A stretch of 64,000 nucleotides of DNA from Candidatus Eiseniibacteriota bacterium (GCA_041946735.1 JBHGAY010000002.1:201623-265622), one strand, 5' to 3'; positions 11,185 through 21,195 are shown, counted from the first letter of the stretch. The notes: a model not told the origin generated them from the letters alone. A program made the numbers and translations.

Positions 11185-11571
11185 CTAGACGCGCAACGCG
11201 ACCTGATGGCCGAGCCACACGGCGAGGAGGCCGGCTCCGTTGGTCAGGACCACGTACGCCGACGCGGCGATCCATTCCGCTCCGGACGCGAGTCGGAACG
11301 CCTCGAGCGCGAAGGTCGAGAAGGTCGTGAATCCACCGAGGAATCCGACCATGAGCGCCATGCGCAAGGCGGGAGAGAGCAGCGCTCCTCTGTCGAGCAT
11401 CCCGGCCACGATTCCGATGGCGAGACAACCGAGCGCATTGATGAGGAAGGTCTCCCAGGGAAAGGTCCCGCTGGTCGACCTCGCGAGCAGACCTCCGAGG
11501 ACCCAACGAAGGAGAGTCCCGGCGGCGCCAGCGACGGAAACGAGCAGCCACACCGGGAGAACGGAGCTCAT
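11185..11571 (-). CDS. crcB: fluoride channel Fluc/CrcB
   Basis: GAAGTLLRW, FPWETFLINALG, GFLGGFTTFSTF signature. Confidence 0.96.
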   Translation of the reverse strand: MSSVLPVWLLVSVAGAAGTLLRWVLGGLLARSTSGTFPWETFLINALGCLAIGIVAGMLDRGALLSPALRMALMVGFLGGFTTFSTFALEAFRLASGAEWIAASAYVVLTNGAGLLAVWLGHQVALRV

Positions 11572-11930
11572 CGGCTCGGCTCCCGGTCCTCCGGACCGAG
11601 GCCGGCATAACGAAGAACGCGCGCACGCTCGATGGTGATCAAACCGCCGGTCACCACCTGTTCGAGCCAAGGGAGCAGAGCCTGAATCCTCTCCTCGGTG
11701 TCTGCGATCTCGACAACGATCGGAAGGTCCTCGGAGAGACGAAGCACTTTGGCGGTGTGCAGGCGAGAGCTGCGACCGAACCCCATGAGTCCTCGGAGAA
11801 CGGTCGCGCCGGCGAGATGGAGTTCCCGTGCCTTGAGCACGATCGCTTCGTAGAGCGGCTTGCCTTCATGCCGGTCGCTCTCTCCGAGAAAGATCCGCAA
11901 CAATGTCGCGTCATCCGGAATCGTCATCAT
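11568..11930 (-). CDS. DUF190 (PII-like) protein
   Basis: LLRIFLGESD, GATVLRGLMGFG, LSEDLPIVVE; usual crcB neighbour; ATGA overlap with crcB. Confidence 0.93.
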   Translation of the reverse strand: MMTIPDDATLLRIFLGESDRHEGKPLYEAIVLKARELHLAGATVLRGLMGFGRSSRLHTAKVLRLSEDLPIVVEIADTEERIQALLPWLEQVVTGGLITIERARVLRYAGLGPEDREPSR

Positions 11931-11943
11931 GGCTCCCTCCCTC

Positions 11944-11979
11944 AAAAAGAACGACTCCCGCGCGGTGCGCAGGAGTCAT
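11944..11979 (-). terminator. intrinsic terminator forming the riboswitch expression platform
   Basis: Minus strand GACTCCTGCGCACCGCGCGGGAGTCGTTCTTTTT; the stem uses the aptamer 3' GACTCC. Confidence 0.8.
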
Positions 11980-12024
11980 CGGCCCTTGCAGTCGGGCGGT
12001 TACGGCGAACTCCATCGCCCTCTG
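11968..12024 (-). ncRNA. fluoride (crcB) riboswitch
   Basis: Minus strand GGCGATGGAGTTCGCC-GTAACCGCCC..GGGCCGATGACTCCTGC fits the fluoride aptamer consensus, directly upstream of DUF190-crcB. Confidence 0.93.
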
Positions 12025-12059
12025 TAGATTTCCGCTTCCGAGCGACGCGGTCGTCTAGA

Positions 12060-12422
12060 TCAGTCCCAGATCCCCAGGATCGCCTTCGCCTCCTCGCTGC
12101 AGTGCTTGCGCGGGTCCCAAGGCGGCGACCAGACGATCTCGATGTCGACGTCTTCCACTCCCGGCATCCGGCGGACCGCCATCTCCGCCGCCGCGAGGAT
12201 CTCCGGCCCGGCGGGGCACATCTGGCTCGTGAGGGTCATGCGGAGGTCGACCTTCCTCTTCTCGGGATCGAGCGAGACGCCATAGACTAAGCCGAGATCG
12301 ACGACCGACAGCGCGATCTCCGGATCGCAAACCGGGCGCAGCGCCTCGATCACACCTTCCTCGGTCACGGGCCAGTCGCCCGCGGCCCTCTCTTCGGCCT
12401 TCTTCCCGTCGCTCTCGCTCAT
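12060..12422 (-). CDS. DUF59 / SufT-like Fe-S assembly factor
   Basis: DPEIALSVVDLGLVY, MTLTSQMCP, VWSPPWDP. Confidence 0.9.
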   Translation of the reverse strand: MSESDGKKAEERAAGDWPVTEEGVIEALRPVCDPEIALSVVDLGLVYGVSLDPEKRKVDLRMTLTSQMCPAGPEILAAAEMAVRRMPGVEDVDIEIVWSPPWDPRKHCSEEAKAILGIWD

Positions 12423-13015
12423 GGCGTGCCTCCCGTCTCGGCCTTCCTCCCGGACTCTGAATCGGACTCTGCGCCTTCCCCCTCCGTCGTCGTCGTCGCC
12501 TTCGTCGCTCCCGCCGCCTTCGCCGCTCCCGCGGCCTTCGCACCGGGTCGCGCCTTTCCCTCCTGCGCCCTTGCCTCCGCCCAGGTCGCGATCGCTTCCT
12601 TCACCGTCATCCAGGGCAGCAGCGCGCACTTCACGCGCACGGGGAACTTCGCCACCCCGCGCAGCGCCTCCAGATCTCCGAGGTCGAGATCGTCCGGCGG
12701 GGCCGCGCCATGGATCAGCTCGCGGAACACCTCGGTGAGCCGCTCGATCTCCTCCGGATCGCGGTCGCGCAGCAACTCGGAAAGCATCGATCCCGACGCG
12801 ACGCTGATCGCGCAGCCACGGCACCGGATCTGCGCTGCGTGCACCTTGCCGGCGTCGATCTCGAGCGCAACGTGCACCTCGTCGCCGCAGATCGGATTGA
12901 ACCCATCCTGCTCCACGTCGGCGCGCGCGACAGCCTCCCGCCCCCGCGGGCTGCGGTAGTGGTCGAGCACGACGTCGCGGTACAGATCGTCAAGCTCTGC
13001 GAATGGTTTGTCCAA
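12419..13015 (-). CDS. sufU: SUF system Fe-S assembly protein SufU
   Basis: LYRDVVLDHY, NPICGDE, GCAISVAS, FPVRVKCALLPW; low-complexity C-tail. Confidence 0.93.
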   Translation of the reverse strand: MDKPFAELDDLYRDVVLDHYRSPRGREAVARADVEQDGFNPICGDEVHVALEIDAGKVHAAQIRCRGCAISVASGSMLSELLRDRDPEEIERLTEVFRELIHGAAPPDDLDLGDLEALRGVAKFPVRVKCALLPWMTVKEAIATWAEARAQEGKARPGAKAAGAAKAAGATKATTTTEGEGAESDSESGRKAETGGTP

Positions 13016-14372
13016 AGTAGGACTGCGCCTCCTTCAGCGCCTCGAACAGCTCGTCGACGTCGGAACGATCGTTGTAAATGTAGAAGCTCGCGCGCGCGGT
13101 CGCCGGGACGCCGAGCCGCCGCATCAGCGGCTGCGCGCAATGGTGCCCGGCGCGCACCGCGATCCCCCGCAGATCGAGCATGGTGGCGAGATCGTGCGGG
13201 TGCACCGTTTCGTCCCAGAATGAGACGACCCCGGTGCGCTCCTCCGGATTCGGCGGCCCGAAGATGCGGACCCCGGGGAGCGATCCGACCCGCTCCATCG
13301 CATAGCCGAGCAGATCGATCTCGTGCTGCCGCACGCGCTCCATGCCGATCGCGCCGAGGTAGTCGATCGCCCCGCCGAACGCGACGACCCCCTCGATGTT
13401 CGGCGTGCCGGCCTCGTGCTTCCACGGCACCTCGTTCCAGGTCGCCCGGTCGAGACGCACCTCGCGGATCATTTCCCCGCCGCCGAGCATCGGCTCCGCT
13501 TCCTCGAGCAGCTCAGGCCTTCCCCAGAGGATCCCGACGCCGGTCGGTCCCAGCATCTTGTGCGCGGAGAACGCGAGGAAGTCCGCTCCGAGAGCGGGCC
13601 CGTCGACCGGCAGGTGCGGCACGCTCTGCGCCCCGTCCACGAGCACCTTGACGCCGCGGTCGTGCGCGAGGCGCGCGATGTCGGCGATCGGGTTGATCGT
13701 CCCCAGGACGTTGGAAGCGTGCGTCAGCGAGAGAATGCGCGTCCGCGGCGTCAGCATCTCGTCGAGGCTTTCGAGACGGAGCCGGCCTTCGTCGTCGATC
13801 GGCAGATGACGGAGGACCGCTCCGGTACGGCCCGCGAGCTGGATCCACGGGACGAGATTGGCGTGGTGCTCCATTTCGGTCAGAAGCACTTCGTCCCCGG
13901 GCCGGATCCTCGGCTCCACCCACGAGCGGACAACCATGTTGATCGCCTCGGTCGCGTTGCGCGTGAAGACGACACCGTAGGGATCGAGGCCGCCGAGGAA
14001 GGCGCCGACCTTTCCGCGCACCGCCTCGTACGCTTCGGTCGCCTCGTTCGCGAGCGTGTGGATTCCGCGGTGGACGTTCGCGTTCTTCCTCTCGTAATAC
14101 TCCTGGATCGCGCGGAGGACGAAGTTCGGCTTCTGCGTCGTCGCCGCATTGTCCAGGTAGACGAGGCGGCGATCGTTCACCTCGCGCGCAAGGATCGGGA
14201 ACTCCTTGCGGATCTTCGCGACGTCGAGCCCGCCTCCCGGCCTGCTCCCATGCGCCTCGCCGAGGCCGGGCGCGGGCGTCTTCGACTGCGCCTCCGCCGG
14301 CGTCTTCACCGATCCCCTTCCCGCCGGCTTCGCCGCCGCATCTCTGCTCTCACGATTCGCGCGCAGCGCCAT
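12990..14372 (-). CDS. sufS: cysteine desulfurase
   Basis: YLDNAATTQKP, DGAQ, SAHKMLGPTG, RAGHHCAQPL. Confidence 0.96.
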   Translation of the reverse strand: MALRANRESRDAAAKPAGRGSVKTPAEAQSKTPAPGLGEAHGSRPGGGLDVAKIRKEFPILAREVNDRRLVYLDNAATTQKPNFVLRAIQEYYERKNANVHRGIHTLANEATEAYEAVRGKVGAFLGGLDPYGVVFTRNATEAINMVVRSWVEPRIRPGDEVLLTEMEHHANLVPWIQLAGRTGAVLRHLPIDDEGRLRLESLDEMLTPRTRILSLTHASNVLGTINPIADIARLAHDRGVKVLVDGAQSVPHLPVDGPALGADFLAFSAHKMLGPTGVGILWGRPELLEEAEPMLGGGEMIREVRLDRATWNEVPWKHEAGTPNIEGVVAFGGAIDYLGAIGMERVRQHEIDLLGYAMERVGSLPGVRIFGPPNPEERTGVVSFWDETVHPHDLATMLDLRGIAVRAGHHCAQPLMRRLGVPATARASFYIYNDRSDVDELFEALKEAQSYFGQTIRRA

Positions 14373-14374
14373 GC

Positions 14375-14722
14375 TCAGTCCTCCTCGTCCTCGTCGTCGT
14401 CGTCCTCGATCCCGACCAGGATCGATCCCTCCTCGTCGACCTTCACCGGGAAGGTCCGCACCGGGACGACGGCGGGCAGACGCACGACCGCCCCGCTGCG
14501 CACGTCGAACTGCGCGCCGTGCCGGGGGCACTCGATGACCGGACCGTCGAGGATCTCGATCCCGAACGGGCTTCCATCGTGCGTGCAAACGTCCTCGATC
14601 GCGTAGATCGAGCCTTCCACGTTGCAGAGGACGATCCGCTCTCCGCCCGCGCGGACGACGCGCGTCTCGCCGACCGGGATCTCGGAGACGCGGGCGACCG
14701 GAACGAACGTTTCCGCCGTCAT
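14375..14722 (-). CDS. Rieske [2Fe-2S] ferredoxin
   Basis: CTH...CPRHGAQFD. Confidence 0.93.
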   Translation of the reverse strand: MTAETFVPVARVSEIPVGETRVVRAGGERIVLCNVEGSIYAIEDVCTHDGSPFGIEILDGPVIECPRHGAQFDVRSGAVVRLPAVVPVRTFPVKVDEEGSILVGIEDDDDEDEED

Positions 14723-15939
14723 CGGGAAAGCCCTCCGAGCCGGCGCGACGTCTCCTCGCGCAGCGAATCGGCGACGGTCCCGGGGATCTGCGAAAGCGTC
14801 TGCTCGAGGAAGCCGCCGACCACGATCCGCATCGCGTCGGCGTGGGCGAGCCCGCGCGAGTTCAGGTAGAAGAGCTGGTCGGGGTCCACCGGTCCGACCG
14901 CCGCGCCGTGCTTGCACCGCACCTCGTCGGTCAGGATCTCCAGCTCGGGGATCGACTCGGCCCTGCTCTCTTCGGACAGCAGAAGGTTCTTGTTTTCCTG
15001 ATACGCCTCGCAATGCGGCGCGTTCTTGGCGATCCGGATCAAGCCGGTGTAGGCGGAGCGGGCGCGATCGGCGAGGGCGACGCGGAAGTCGATGTCGCTG
15101 AACGTCCGCGGAGCCACGTGATCGTGGACCGTGTGATGGTCGGCGCGCTGCCGCCCGTCCCCGTACACGACCCCGGTCATCCGGCTCTCCGCCCCTTCGC
15201 CCGCCAGATCGACACGGAGATCGGCCTTGTACAATCCGGCGCCGAACGACGCGATCGCCATCTGCAGGCGCGCCTCGCGATCGAGCCGGGCGCGTACCGT
15301 CCGGTGCGAGACCACCTTCTTCCCGACATGCTGGATCGGCGCGTAGCGGACCTGCCCGCCGGGCGCGACGAACAGCTCCGTGACCTCGTTCACGATCGCG
15401 CCGGCGCCGCTGCCGTCCGGGCCCCGGGACTCCTCGACGATCGTGACGCTCGCGTCCTCTTCGACCACGATCAGGTTGCGAACGGCGCGGAACCCCTTGG
15501 CGCCCGCCAGCGTCGTCAGGATCCGGATCGGCACCTCGACCTGCGCGCCCCGCGGGATCTTCACGAAATGTCCCGCCGACCAGAGCGAGGCGTTGAGCGA
15601 CTCGGGCCGCCCGAAGGCGGCCGGCACGAGCCGGCCGAAGATCGAGGCGACCTGCTCGGGAAGAGCCTCCGCCGCCTGCCACAGCGGCAGGACGAGGACG
15701 CCGACGGCACGAGCCGCCTCGTCCGCCTCGACGACCGTTTCGAGGTCGAGCCGCGGAGGGCCGCCGTCCGACGCCGAGACGATCTCGGGAGGTACGACCT
15801 CGGTCGGATCCGTGTAGCGCCACAGGTGCTGCGCCCGGTCGGGCAGCGGGACGTGCGCGAGCGCCTCCCGTCCCTCCAGGCGGATCGTTTCGATCAGCGC
15901 CGCTCCGCGCGGCGTGGCCTTCTCGTTCGTCGCCGGCAT
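14719..15939 (-). CDS. sufD: Fe-S assembly protein SufD
   Basis: WRYTD, AYQENKNLLLS, PELEILTDEVRCKHGAAVG, FYLNSRG. Confidence 0.93.
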   Translation of the reverse strand: MPATNEKATPRGAALIETIRLEGREALAHVPLPDRAQHLWRYTDPTEVVPPEIVSASDGGPPRLDLETVVEADEAARAVGVLVLPLWQAAEALPEQVASIFGRLVPAAFGRPESLNASLWSAGHFVKIPRGAQVEVPIRILTTLAGAKGFRAVRNLIVVEEDASVTIVEESRGPDGSGAGAIVNEVTELFVAPGGQVRYAPIQHVGKKVVSHRTVRARLDREARLQMAIASFGAGLYKADLRVDLAGEGAESRMTGVVYGDGRQRADHHTVHDHVAPRTFSDIDFRVALADRARSAYTGLIRIAKNAPHCEAYQENKNLLLSEESRAESIPELEILTDEVRCKHGAAVGPVDPDQLFYLNSRGLAHADAMRIVVGGFLEQTLSQIPGTVADSLREETSRRLGGLSR

Positions 15940-17381
15940 CAACCCACCGATCCTTCCATCTCCATCTCGATGAGACGGTTCAGCTCGACCGCGTACTCCA
16001 TCGGAAGCTCCTTCGTGAACGCCTCGATGAAGCCGTTGACGATCAGCGTCCGCGACATCTGCTCGGAGAGGCCGCGGCTCATGAGGTAGAAGATCTGCTC
16101 GTCGCCGATCTTCGAGATCCTCGCCTCGTGCTCGATCCGCACGCGATCCTCGTCGATCTCCATCGTCGGATAGGTGTCGGAGCGCGACTCCGGATCGAGC
16201 AGGAGCGCGTCGCACTGCACGCTCACCTTGCAGCCGACCGCCCCCTTGTGGACCTTGGCCAGTCCGCGGTAGGAGGCGCGCCCGCCGTCCTTCGAGATCG
16301 ACTTCGACGTGACGGTGCTGCTCGTGCGCGGCGCGACGTGGACCACCTTCGCGCCGGCGTCCTGGTGCTGCCCCTTGCCGGCGAACGCGACGGAGAGGAT
16401 CTCGCCACGCGCCCCTTCTCCGAGCAGGTAGACCGCCGGGTACTTCATCGTCAGGCGCGAGCCGATGTTGCCGTCGACCCACTCGACCACCGCGTTCTTG
16501 TGCGCGACCGCCCGCTTCGTCACGAGATTGAAGATGTTGTTCGCCCAGTTCTGGATCGTCGTATAGCGGATGTAGGCGTCGTCGAGGGCGATCAGCTCCA
16601 CGACCGCCGAGTGCAGCGAGTTCGTCGAGTAGATCGGCGCCGTGCATCCCTCGATGTAGTGCACGCGCGAACCGCGATCGGCGATGATCAGCGTTCTCTC
16701 GAACTGGCCCATGTTCTCCGCGTTGATGCGGAAGTACGCCTGGAGCGGGATCTCCACCTTCGTGTCGGGCGGGACGTAGATGAACGATCCGCCCGACCAG
16801 ACGGCGCTGTTCAAGGCGGCGAACTTGTTGTCGTTCGGCGGGATCACCGTGGCGAAGTACTTCTGGACGATTTCCGGGTGCTCGCGCAGTCCGGAATCCA
16901 TGTCCATGAAGATCACGCCTTGCTTCGTCAAGCTCTCTTGAACCGAGTGATAGACGACCTCCGACTCGTACTGAGCGGAGACGCCGGCCAGGAACTTGCG
17001 CTCCGCCTCCGGAATGCCGAGACGATCGAACGTCTTCTTGATGTTCTCCGGGACCTCGTCCCAGCTCCGTCCCTGCTCGGCAATCGGCTTGATGTAGTAA
17101 TAGATGTTGTCGAAGTCGATCGACTGGAGAAGCTCCGTGTTGCCCCAGGTCGGCATCGGCTTTGCCAGGAAGATGTCCAGCGCGTCGTGGCGGAACCGGC
17201 GCATCCATTCCGGCTCCTTCTTCATGCGCGAGATCATCTCGACCACTTCGTGATCGATCCCCTTCTTCCCCTTGTGGAAGTACTCTTCGGGATCGTGAAA
17301 GCCCCACTTCTCGGCGTAGTCGCCGCGAATGTCCAGCTTCTCGCGCGGCCCCTTGCCCGCTTCGGTCGCCCGGTCCGCCAT
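15939..17381 (-). CDS. sufB: Fe-S assembly protein SufB
   Basis: [45 protein letters not shown]. Confidence 0.97.
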   Translation of the reverse strand: MADRATEAGKGPREKLDIRGDYAEKWGFHDPEEYFHKGKKGIDHEVVEMISRMKKEPEWMRRFRHDALDIFLAKPMPTWGNTELLQSIDFDNIYYYIKPIAEQGRSWDEVPENIKKTFDRLGIPEAERKFLAGVSAQYESEVVYHSVQESLTKQGVIFMDMDSGLREHPEIVQKYFATVIPPNDNKFAALNSAVWSGGSFIYVPPDTKVEIPLQAYFRINAENMGQFERTLIIADRGSRVHYIEGCTAPIYSTNSLHSAVVELIALDDAYIRYTTIQNWANNIFNLVTKRAVAHKNAVVEWVDGNIGSRLTMKYPAVYLLGEGARGEILSVAFAGKGQHQDAGAKVVHVAPRTSSTVTSKSISKDGGRASYRGLAKVHKGAVGCKVSVQCDALLLDPESRSDTYPTMEIDEDRVRIEHEARISKIGDEQIFYLMSRGLSEQMSRTLIVNGFIEAFTKELPMEYAVELNRLIEMEMEGSVG

Positions 17382-17386
17382 TGGCT

Positions 17387-18205
17387 CTATGCCTCCTTGC
17401 CCTGCGCGCGCGTCTCCGATGGCGCGGGCGCCTGGCTCTTCTCGATCCAGTCGTAGCCGAGCTCCTCCAGCTTGCCGACCAGCTCGGGGCCGCCCGATTC
17501 GACGATCCTTCCCTCCATCAGCACGTGAACCGTGTGAGGCTGGACGTAGTTGAGGAGCCTCTGGTAGTGCGTGACGAGGAAGAGGCCGGTGTCGCTGCCG
17601 CAAACGGCGTTGATTCCGTTCGCGACGGTGCGCAGCGCGTCGATGTCCAGGCCCGAGTCGGTCTCGTCGAGCAGCGCGACGCGCGGCTTCAGCAGCGCCA
17701 TCTGGAGGATCTCCACCCGCTTCTTCTCCCCGCCCGAGAAGCCGTCGTTCAGCGACCGCGCCGCGAATGACGGCTCGACGTCGAGCAGCTCGAAGGCGGC
17801 GTTCATCTCCTTGCGAAACTCCCGGATCGGCACCTCGACGCCCCGTCGAGCGTTGACCGCGGCGCGAAGGACGTTCGCGACGCTGACCCCCGGGATCGCG
17901 ACCGGATACTGGAATCCGAGGAAGAGGCCACGGCGCGCTCGCTCGTCAGCCGGCATCGCGGTGATGTCCGCGCCGTCCATGAGGACCCGGCCGCCCGTGA
18001 TCGGATAGCTGGGATGCCCCATCAGGGCGGAGACGAGCGTGCTCTTCCCCGATCCGTTCGGACCCATCAGCGCGATCTTCTCCCCCGCGCGGATCTCGAA
18101 CGACACGCCCCGAACGACCTCCCTGCCCGCGACGGCGACGCGGAGGTCCTCGCACACGAAGATCGGGCCCTGCTTCGCCTGATCCTGATCCATCGCTTCG
18201 GTCAT
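17387..18205 (-). CDS. sufC: Fe-S assembly ATPase SufC
   Basis: [37 protein letters not shown]. Confidence 0.97.
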   Translation of the reverse strand: MTEAMDQDQAKQGPIFVCEDLRVAVAGREVVRGVSFEIRAGEKIALMGPNGSGKSTLVSALMGHPSYPITGGRVLMDGADITAMPADERARRGLFLGFQYPVAIPGVSVANVLRAAVNARRGVEVPIREFRKEMNAAFELLDVEPSFAARSLNDGFSGGEKKRVEILQMALLKPRVALLDETDSGLDIDALRTVANGINAVCGSDTGLFLVTHYQRLLNYVQPHTVHVLMEGRIVESGGPELVGKLEELGYDWIEKSQAPAPSETRAQGKEA

Positions 18206-18909
18206 CCTCTCCCCGGCCCGCGGCCGGCTTGCGCCTTCTGTTTCCGTTCGGCCGTCTTCCGCACCGTCCTCTTCGTCCCCTTGGTCCCCTTCGCCCTCTC
18301 GGTCCCTTTCGCCCTCTCGGTCCCCTTCGCCCTCTCGGTCCCTTTCGCCCTCTCGGTCCCCTTCCGTCCCTCTCCCGGCGCCGGGGCCGGCGTCAGCGTC
18401 GCCGCGGCGGCAGCCGGCCGCTGTGGCAACAGTCGCGTCTGCATCTCCCCCTCGGCGTCCCAGGTCATCTCGAGGCGGGTGCGCGCGATCCCTTCGTTCG
18501 CGAGAAGGTCGGCGAGCGTGACCCGGGCCAGGGCGTTGCGCATGAGATCCTCGAGCGCGACCCAGAGCGACCGGACCGAGCAATCCTGGGTTCGAACGCA
18601 GACCGTCCCCAGGCCCGAGAAGCTCGTGCAATCGCCATGGTCGAACATCGGACCGTCGAGCGCGGCGAGCGCCTGGAAGAGAGTGATGTCCTGTGCGGGA
18701 CGAGCCAGGGTATAGCCACCCGAGCGCCCGCGCTCGCTCGTCACCATCCCCGCGAGGCGGAGCCTGCGCAGGAGCTTCGCGGTATTCGGCAAGGGCATCC
18801 CCTCCGCAGCCGCGATTTCGGCAAGGGTCAGCCCCTTGTCGCCGTTTGCGACGCGCGCGAGCTGCAGAAGGCAGCGCAGTCCGTACTCCTCGCTGTGGGT
18901 GACCCTCAT
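18202..18909 (-). CDS. Rrf2-family (IscR-like) transcriptional regulator
   Basis: EYGLRCLLQLA, SERGRSGGYTLA, three Cys (C-x9-C-x5-C); basic repetitive C-tail. Confidence 0.92.
   Translation of the reverse strand: MRVTHSEEYGLRCLLQLARVANGDKGLTLAEIAAAEGMPLPNTAKLLRRLRLAGMVTSERGRSGGYTLARPAQDITLFQALAALDGPMFDHGDCTSFSGLGTVCVRTQDCSVRSLWVALEDLMRNALARVTLADLLANEGIARTRLEMTWDAEGEMQTRLLPQRPAAAAATLTPAPAPGEGRKGTERAKGTERAKGTERAKGTERAKGTKGTKRTVRKTAERKQKAQAGRGPGRG
18283..18363. repeat. 18-bp tandem repeat x4.5 encoding (KGTERA)n
   Basis: GGTCCCYTTCGCCCTCTC units. Confidence 0.9.
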
Positions 18910-19043
18910 GGCTCCCCTGGCCCTGGTTCCAAGCCTTTTGCGAATCGGATGGTCGGCGTCTCGGCCGTTGGGCCGTCCCCGTTCGCCGGCCCCCGAGTTC
19001 GTTCCCGAGCGCCCTGGCGTCGGGGCGAAGCGCCCCTCGAGCA

Positions 19044-19077
19044 ACATGGCAAATGTGGACTCAGAAGTCAAGTATTT
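19044..19077 (-). promoter_or_regulatory. suf promoter with overlapping IscR/Rrf2-like palindrome
   Basis: Minus strand AAATACTTGACT-TCTG-AGTCCACATTT; TTGACT-17bp-CATGTT; AT-rich patch in GC-rich DNA. Confidence 0.6.
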
Positions 19078-19255
19078 GAGGGAGGACGAAAGTCGGGCAG
19101 GAAGCGGAGTGGACGCGGGGCGGGGGTGGAGACGTGGGTGCAGACGGGGCGGAGACGGGGGAGCGGGGCGGAACCGATCCCGGGTCTTGCCCCGCTCCCC
19201 CGCTACTGCCGCTGTTTCCTCGGTGAGCGCTTCTGGTGAGAGCTTCCCCCTTCCG

Positions 19256-20023
19256 CTACCGCCCGCGCATCTGGATGACGGCCAGGACGGCGCCGGCGGG
19301 ATCGGCGAAAACGCAGAAGCGCCCCACATCGGGAATGTCGGTCGGCTCGACGTACACCTTGCCGCCCAGTTCCCGGACCTTCCGCGCGATCGAGTCGGCA
19401 TCGCCCACCATGACGTAGGGCAGCCAGTGGGGTGGCACGTCCGCCTGCTGCGGCGACATCGCCATCATCCCGCCCACCGATCGTCCGCTCACCTGGAACT
19501 CCGTGTACCGGTGCTCCGGATCCTCCTTCAACCCCCAGCCGAGGAGCTTCGTGTAGAACTGTCCCGCCTGCGCCGTGTCCCGTGTGGCCAGCTCGCTCCA
19601 GCCGAACGGCCCGTTCTTCGACGTGCCGGGATGCTTGTCGAAGTGCGCGAGCGAGATCACGGCGCCGGTCGGATCGCGCAGGACGGAGATACGCCCGACC
19701 TCGGGAACTTCCATCGGCTCGGCGAGGATCTTCGCTCCCAACTCCGCCGCCCGCCGCGTCGTCTCGTCGATGTTCTCGACGGAGACATAGGTCATCCAGT
19801 GCGAAGGGACCCCTTCGTACTGCGGGCCGGAGAGCTGATAGAGCCCCGCGACGCTCTCGCCGGCCGATTTCAGGATGGTGTAGCTTCCGCCTCCCTCGGG
19901 CATCGGCATGTCGTCCGCCTGCCAGCCGAAGAGGTGCTCGTAGAACGGCTTTGACTTCGAGGCATCGGTCGATCCGCACTCGAACCAGCAGAACGTTCCG
20001 GGGGGATGATTGAGAGCCGCCAT
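19256..20023 (-). CDS. two-domain VOC/glyoxalase family protein
   Basis: GTFCWFEC..FYEHLFGW..HWMTYVSV..DPTGA, repeated as FGWSEL..FYTKLLGW..HWLPYV..DPAGA. Confidence 0.92.
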   Translation of the reverse strand: MAALNHPPGTFCWFECGSTDASKSKPFYEHLFGWQADDMPMPEGGGSYTILKSAGESVAGLYQLSGPQYEGVPSHWMTYVSVENIDETTRRAAELGAKILAEPMEVPEVGRISVLRDPTGAVISLAHFDKHPGTSKNGPFGWSELATRDTAQAGQFYTKLLGWGLKEDPEHRYTEFQVSGRSVGGMMAMSPQQADVPPHWLPYVMVGDADSIARKVRELGGKVYVEPTDIPDVGRFCVFADPAGAVLAVIQMRGR

Positions 20024-20175
20024 GGCAACCTCCGATCGAACTACGCATCGATCTTTCCTGAATTCATCTTTCCGGCCGCGCCAGTCAATCGAGGCGCCGG
20101 CGTTGCCGGGCAAACGGGGGAGTGTACTGCCGGGGCGGGGATTGTCTACAGGAGGAGTTGCGGGCGAGGAGGTGC

Positions 20176-21195
20176 TCAGCGCCCTTCCGCGCGCTGGGCG
20201 AGTGCCGTCCGGAGGAACGGGAGCCCCAAGATCCCGGGAAGCCAGTAGCCGCCGAGGGAATAGAGGATGCCGACGCCGAGCGAGACGGCGGAGGCGGAAA
20301 CGGGGGCCATGAGGCGGATGAGCGCCGCATCCCGCGTCCCCATTCCCGCGAGCGTCACGGGAAGCAGGCCGACGAAGATGGCGGCGGGCAGGGCGGCCAG
20401 CACCGGACCGAACGGCGTGGGGCCGCGGAGGCTCACGTAGAAGAGCCAGGTCTGCACGACGCTCGCGAGCCAGTTCGCGAGCGTCAACAGCAGCACCGGC
20501 GCGAGCAGGGCGGGCCGCCCGAGCAGGAGGCGGAGCGCTTGCAGGAGCCGGTCCACCTTCGGCCGCAGCTTGCGTGGGACCGGCAGGCGGATCGTCAGAA
20601 GCGCGACGGTCCCGGCCAGACCGAGGACGAAGAGGCCCCCGGAGGCGAGCGCCAGCGTGTTCCATCCGCGCATCCAGGAGCCCGCGAGGCAGAAGGCGAG
20701 GAGAGTCAGGACGTCGAGGAGCCTCTCGGCCAGCACCGAACCGAGAACCGTGCTGACCGGCGCGCGGCCTCGCAGGAAGTACGCCTTCGCGAGATCGCTC
20801 CCTTTGGAGGGAGTGAAGACGGCGAGCGTGTTGCAGGCCATGATCAGCGAGAACGCCTGGCGGCCGGGGATCGGATGGCCGAGGGCGTCCATCATCCTCT
20901 GCCAGCGCCAGGCGGAGAAGACGGGGAAGGTGGCGGTCAGCAGCAGTCCGGCGATCAACGGAGCGAGGCGCGCCGAGCCGAGCAGCTCGAAGACGCGCGA
21001 GAACGAGACGTTGCGGAAGAGCAGGTAGAAGACGAGCAGAGTGACCAGGACGAGGACGGCCATCCGCACGACGTCGCGAAGGCTCGAGCGAATTCCGGGC
21101 GGCGGCGGAGTCTCGGGGACGCTGGATGGCGCGGCCGCCGGCGGCCGCGTCGCAGGCGCCGCACCGTCTCGCGTCGCGCCCGGCGATCCGCTCAC
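20176..21195 (-). CDS. lysylphosphatidylglycerol-synthase TM / UPF0104 flippase-like membrane protein
   Basis: GTG overlapping the upstream TGA; AWRWQ, TPSKGSDLAK, AERLLD, LPVTLAGMGTRD. Confidence 0.85.
   Translation of the reverse strand: MSGSPGATRDGAAPATRPPAAAPSSVPETPPPPGIRSSLRDVVRMAVLVLVTLLVFYLLFRNVSFSRVFELLGSARLAPLIAGLLLTATFPVFSAWRWQRMMDALGHPIPGRQAFSLIMACNTLAVFTPSKGSDLAKAYFLRGRAPVSTVLGSVLAERLLDVLTLLAFCLAGSWMRGWNTLALASGGLFVLGLAGTVALLTIRLPVPRKLRPKVDRLLQALRLLLGRPALLAPVLLLTLANWLASVVQTWLFYVSLRGPTPFGPVLAALPAAIFVGLLPVTLAGMGTRDAALIRLMAPVSASAVSLGVGILYSLGGYWLPGILGLPFLRTALAQRAEGR

Noticed and set aside
10672..11262. Duplicated segment as a DGR template/variable repeat pair
   Set aside because: Mismatches are not confined to adenines on either strand and there is no reverse transcriptase in the window.
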